A stretch of DNA of 63,822 nucleotides, counting the filler. It is 12 parts of 12 records of this genome, joined end to end, with 100 filler letters (N's around TTAATTAATTAA, not from the genome) between each part and the next. Parts side by side here need not be neighbours in the genome. Positions count along the whole stretch, not along the records: positions 60,254 to 63,822 come from SRR11831586_804; 11 more parts are not named here. One strand, given 5' to 3'. Positions 60,254 to 63,822 of the stretch are shown piece by piece (positions within the stretch are counted from its first letter, which is position 1; each line of letters opens with the position of its first letter). The notes beneath the pieces are model-generated. The model saw only the letters and a list, made by a program, of their open reading frames with translations. It had not been told where the DNA came from and ran no database searches. The position numbers were made by a program, and so were the translations under genes.

Positions 60254-63200
60254 CTCGAACTGCTGTGTGACGTCCGAACTCGGTCCAAATACCTCTAACA
60301 CACACGCATAGTTGAGTATTCACACAGATAACACGCGCACACACCCGCACACACACATACACACACACAAAACACGCAACACCACCACAGTATGAGCCAC
60401 ACAAACGGGGAGATGAGGATGAAAGCGGTGTGGTATCGAAGATAGCACGAAGTGTGTTTTATATACAGTTTGGGAATATTCAAGTTTGTATACGAATGCA
60501 GTCCCCACACACTCATAGAGCGAGTTTCAGCGAGATCACGTACACCGAATCACATGATGTGAGTGAAACAAGCAACACACACATATACATACCAACAAAG
60601 GGCTGGAAGTTTCCTGTAGGGTTATGTGCACGGCGCGCATTGTGATCGTCTACGATGGCAAAGAGAATCTCTTGGAAGGACCCTACACTCGTATGATTGT
60701 GCTCAGCGAACGCGAAAGACACACACACACACACCCACACACACCCACGCATAAACCGTACACATATGCGCAAATACATACATGCCGCGAACACAAAAGA
60801 CACGGAAACAGTAAAGGGCCGGAAGGTTGGGCGGTCATCGCGAACGCATACATCCATACAATTCAATCAGCAAAAACACAAACAGCCGAGCAAAGCACAC
60901 ATGGCGGCACTGGGCATAAGTTCTCCCTCGACACACAATAAAATATAATATACATATATATGTTCGTACCCGCAAACTCTGCTTCGATGACCTGTTTGAA
61001 CAACAGCGCCACGTGTTTGGGCGGGTTCTGGAAGGCACCACAACCGAGTGCGCTCAGAACAACCGCGGAGTGTCCACTGCAGAAAGATAGCGTGACAGAG
61101 ATGAGAAAGAGACACATATAATACGCATGTACACAGAGAGATACACTGCGCGATTCATAAGGTTAGACAAAGTCCCACCAGTGAGGTGTAGGCGCAAACG
61201 TAACAACACACAAGCACTTTGAGAAACTGGAGACAGCGAACTGCAACACTTGAGCACATAGCTCCGGTTACAGCTGCCACACACTTCGCAAACGATGTTT
61301 CGGTCCACATCGGGCACATGCACATACATATACATGCTTACGTAGCAATAACGGACTGTGACGTACTGTTCCTGAGCGATCTGCAGAATGGCTCTGATTT
61401 TCGCGACGGTGCCAGGGACAAAGGACGGATCCAGCGCGATATCGTCTCCCATCTACGTGACGAAGAACACACCGTTATGGACTCATATACATATCTACCA
61501 GTCTTGGGGTGCACAAAAGTGTGATAGACAGAAAACACGTGATATAATCTGAGACACTCTCGCACACAGGCGCTCCTTGTGAAGTGCAATCGAAAAAAGG
61601 AACCACACACCAATTCACACACGCTGAGACTGTCAAAAACCTCCGAGGAACAAGTTTCACCAACTCAGTGCTACACAACAGAGCCCGACAGAGAACCAAG
61701 CACAAATTATGACAAAAGCATGTGTGTACGTACTTGTACAAGTTTCGGTCGGTCATACGCTGCTACTGCAATCATCGAGACTTGATATGGACGTTCCATG
61801 AAAGCATAACCGTTCGCCTGTGTCCACACGTACGTGAGACACGCGCATACTGGCACAACATATAATAACGCTTGAGACAGCGCCATTCATGAACAGACGC
61901 ATCCATAAAACGCATATATATATATACACATACACAATACAAACAACAAGCGTACCTCGCTCTTGCGGAACACCGTCACGTTGGGGCTGTAGATGCCGCC
62001 TACACAACAATACGGTTCGTGGGACCTATGTTAGAAGTGTTGTGTTGACAACTCACTCTACTATCCATGATAGCAACGCGCTCTGTCTCTCACAGTCTAT
62101 ACCCTCATGAAGGGGTCACCGAAACCCACACTCAATCCATTGGCACAGGACCACCATCTCACACAAACTTCCCAATATATACAATTACGCTGCCAAGATC
62201 CACAGATACACGCACATACACACGCAGCACATTTACAGAATGTACACAATGCCAAGAGAAACGCACACATGCTACACACACAACAACGTACCAAATTCCG
62301 GAATCGGGTATTTCCACGGCCGGTCGTTCCAGAGCCGCCCCGGGTCATCCAGAAACTGAAAATAGTTGGAGCGACGATGTAGGTTTTCCTCTTGTGCACC
62401 GCTGCCGTGCTTCCATCCGCCCCCAGGAATAACTACACAACATATGTAGATATAAACCAACCGACGCACGCACACATTGAGAGAGAATGCACTCACACGT
62501 AAGGAAGGACAGTGCGAGGCGACAAGCAAACGCACACCCTTTCGCAGAGAGGAAATTACCAGCACGTACACGCATTAGCCATGTTGAGGACAACAGGGTT
62601 GAGTCCCTAGCACACAGAACCAAATGAAAGGAGGTCAGCATACATTGAATAATCAGCAACAGACAATACGCGACACTCGCAAGGACACCACACAATAGAT
62701 ACACTACACAATACACACGCATCATAGCAGATGAGTGAACCCTATGGTTAAAAGCACGATACCGCAGAGTCCACACAGTCCACATGAACACACAGAACTG
62801 ACAGCGCATGACAATCGTGCATGAGCCAATGTTCTCTCTCAAGCACAGTTCTGATGCACTCACACCCAAAGAACGCAGCTAGCGACCCCACACGTACGCG
62901 ACTGAGCTGCCACTCTGCCGCTTCCAGACAATCGCCTTTGCAGCAGTACACGCAGTTCGGGTACGTCCCCTGGCGCCGAACCTGCCACGGGTGACTGTTC
63001 TGGTACATCACGGACTGGCGAACCTGATGTGAAATAACAAGCACTACGTAAGTGCATGAAACTAAATGCAATCAGCAGCAACACTCACCATAGCTGCGAC
63101 CGCAGTGCGGTTAGGAACGGTCACCTGCTTCCCGGACGTGAATTCGAATCCACCAGCTTCGCAAACGCGGATGGTTTGCTGTTGAATGTCGATACGGAGT

Positions 63201-63332
63201 TTGTTAAGCATGCTACCTGTAGCGGAGTTAGCCTACTGGGACGATTCGGCGCATTGTTGTACGATCACCGCTCGCGGAAGCGCCGCGAAACGCTTGAAGC
63301 CAAGCTTCGGGGTTGAAGAATGCAGTCGCCAT
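60254..63332 (-). CDS. Microbial-type poly(ADP-ribose) glycohydrolase (DUF2263/TIGR02452 macrodomain); 11 exons (63332-63263, 63216-63089, 63023-62898, 62606-62570, 62432-62292, 61999-61956, 61817-61734, 61452-61367, 61076-60970, 60682-60593, 60294-60254); stop beyond the gap
   Basis: All 10 introns are GT-AG with consistent phases; spliced motifs VVLNMANAFIPGGGWKHGSGAQEENLHRRS, GIYSPNVTVFR, VVLSALGCGAFQNPPKHVA, SFQEILFAI and GNFQPF. Confidence 0.9.
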
Positions 63333-63512
63333 GGAAAGGTCCCACAAACAGACTCGACAATACCGCAAAACAGCACCAAAATGTGAAAACATCTCCTCAA
63401 ACGAAATTGACTGTCTCCGATACCGTAGCTAGGTCAAATCTTTGACCCGAGACAAGAGAAAGAGGGCAACACGAAAGTGAAGATGTATATTCAAGTGCAG
63501 TATCAAGTTAGG

Positions 63513-63822
63513 ATGCCAACAGGAACCTATCTGTCTGCAGCTGCCATTGGCGCTGTAGGGGCAATGCATTTTGCCCAATCGCGATCGCTGCCTGTAGTCC
63601 TTGCAGCTGGTGGTGCCGGTCTTATCTATGCACTTTCGGGTGCGGCGATCGATGCAAGAGAACGAAAGAATCATGAGCTCGGAGAAACACAGCTACCATT
63701 GGGCTATCCTGCCGCCATCGGTAAGCGCGCGCGATCATCTCGTATTGTCACTGTTGCGCTTCGTGTTTTTGTATCTTGGTAGTGTGGTTTATCGTATTTC
63801 TTTCCAGGTTGTATTCGTGCAA
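63513..63822 (+). CDS. Small membrane protein, possibly TMEM14-like (exon 1 to 63720, intron 63721-63807; runs off the window)
   Basis: YLSAAAIGAVGAMHFAQSRSLPVVLAAGGAGLIYALSGAAID: two Gly/Ala-rich helices linked by xxRSLP; GTAAGC donor; alternative ATG at 63483. Confidence 0.5.

Noticed and set aside
63217..63236. Ultra-short 20-nt intron GTAGGCTAACTCCGCTACAG
   Set aside because: Using it shifts the frame to a stop; the 46-nt intron 63262-63217 keeps the PARG frame.

Overview
This window is not contiguous genome. It is a pseudo-scaffold of 12 unrelated contigs joined by 11 identical 100-nt spacers (44 N + TTAATTAATTAA + 44 N). Eight contigs (about 48 kb) are Escherichia coli and carry lesions typical of K-12 laboratory strains: fklB'-ytfB-ytfA-yjfZ-rplI-rpsR-priB-rpsF-yjfY-ulaFED'; yfaL'; ybbW'-allB-ybbY-glxK; ulaA'-ulaG-ulaR-yjfP'; melR-adiAYC-eptA-basRS-pmrR-proP-yjcZ-crfC-yjdM; tnaA'-tnaC-mnmE-yidC-yidD-rnpA-rpmH-dnaA-dnaN'; crl'-frsA-gpt-pepD-prfH-ykfJ; tdcE'-tdcF-tdcG. 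They are most simply read as contamination from a cloning host or food bacterium. Four contigs (about 14.7 kb: 1-6596, 13427-15649, 54961-57250, 60254-63822) come from an unidentified, gene-dense, intron-rich eukaryote, probably a protist. By reading GT-AG junctions by hand I reconstructed a transketolase 3' end, a 127-aa orphan, a 10-exon coiled-coil protein with a probable GC-AG intron, an Oxidored-like (OXLD1-type) protein, a centromeric histone CenH3, a MORN-repeat protein, an 11-exon microbial-type PARG (DUF2263/TIGR02452) and a TMEM14-like gene. There is also a tandem-domain protein resembling an uncharacterised bacterial family, with an intron at the same position in both domain copies. 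The eukaryotic contigs hold the most novel material. I found no convincing new multi-gene system, and gene adjacency across the spacers has no biological meaning. Gene identities come from sequence recognition, not database searches.
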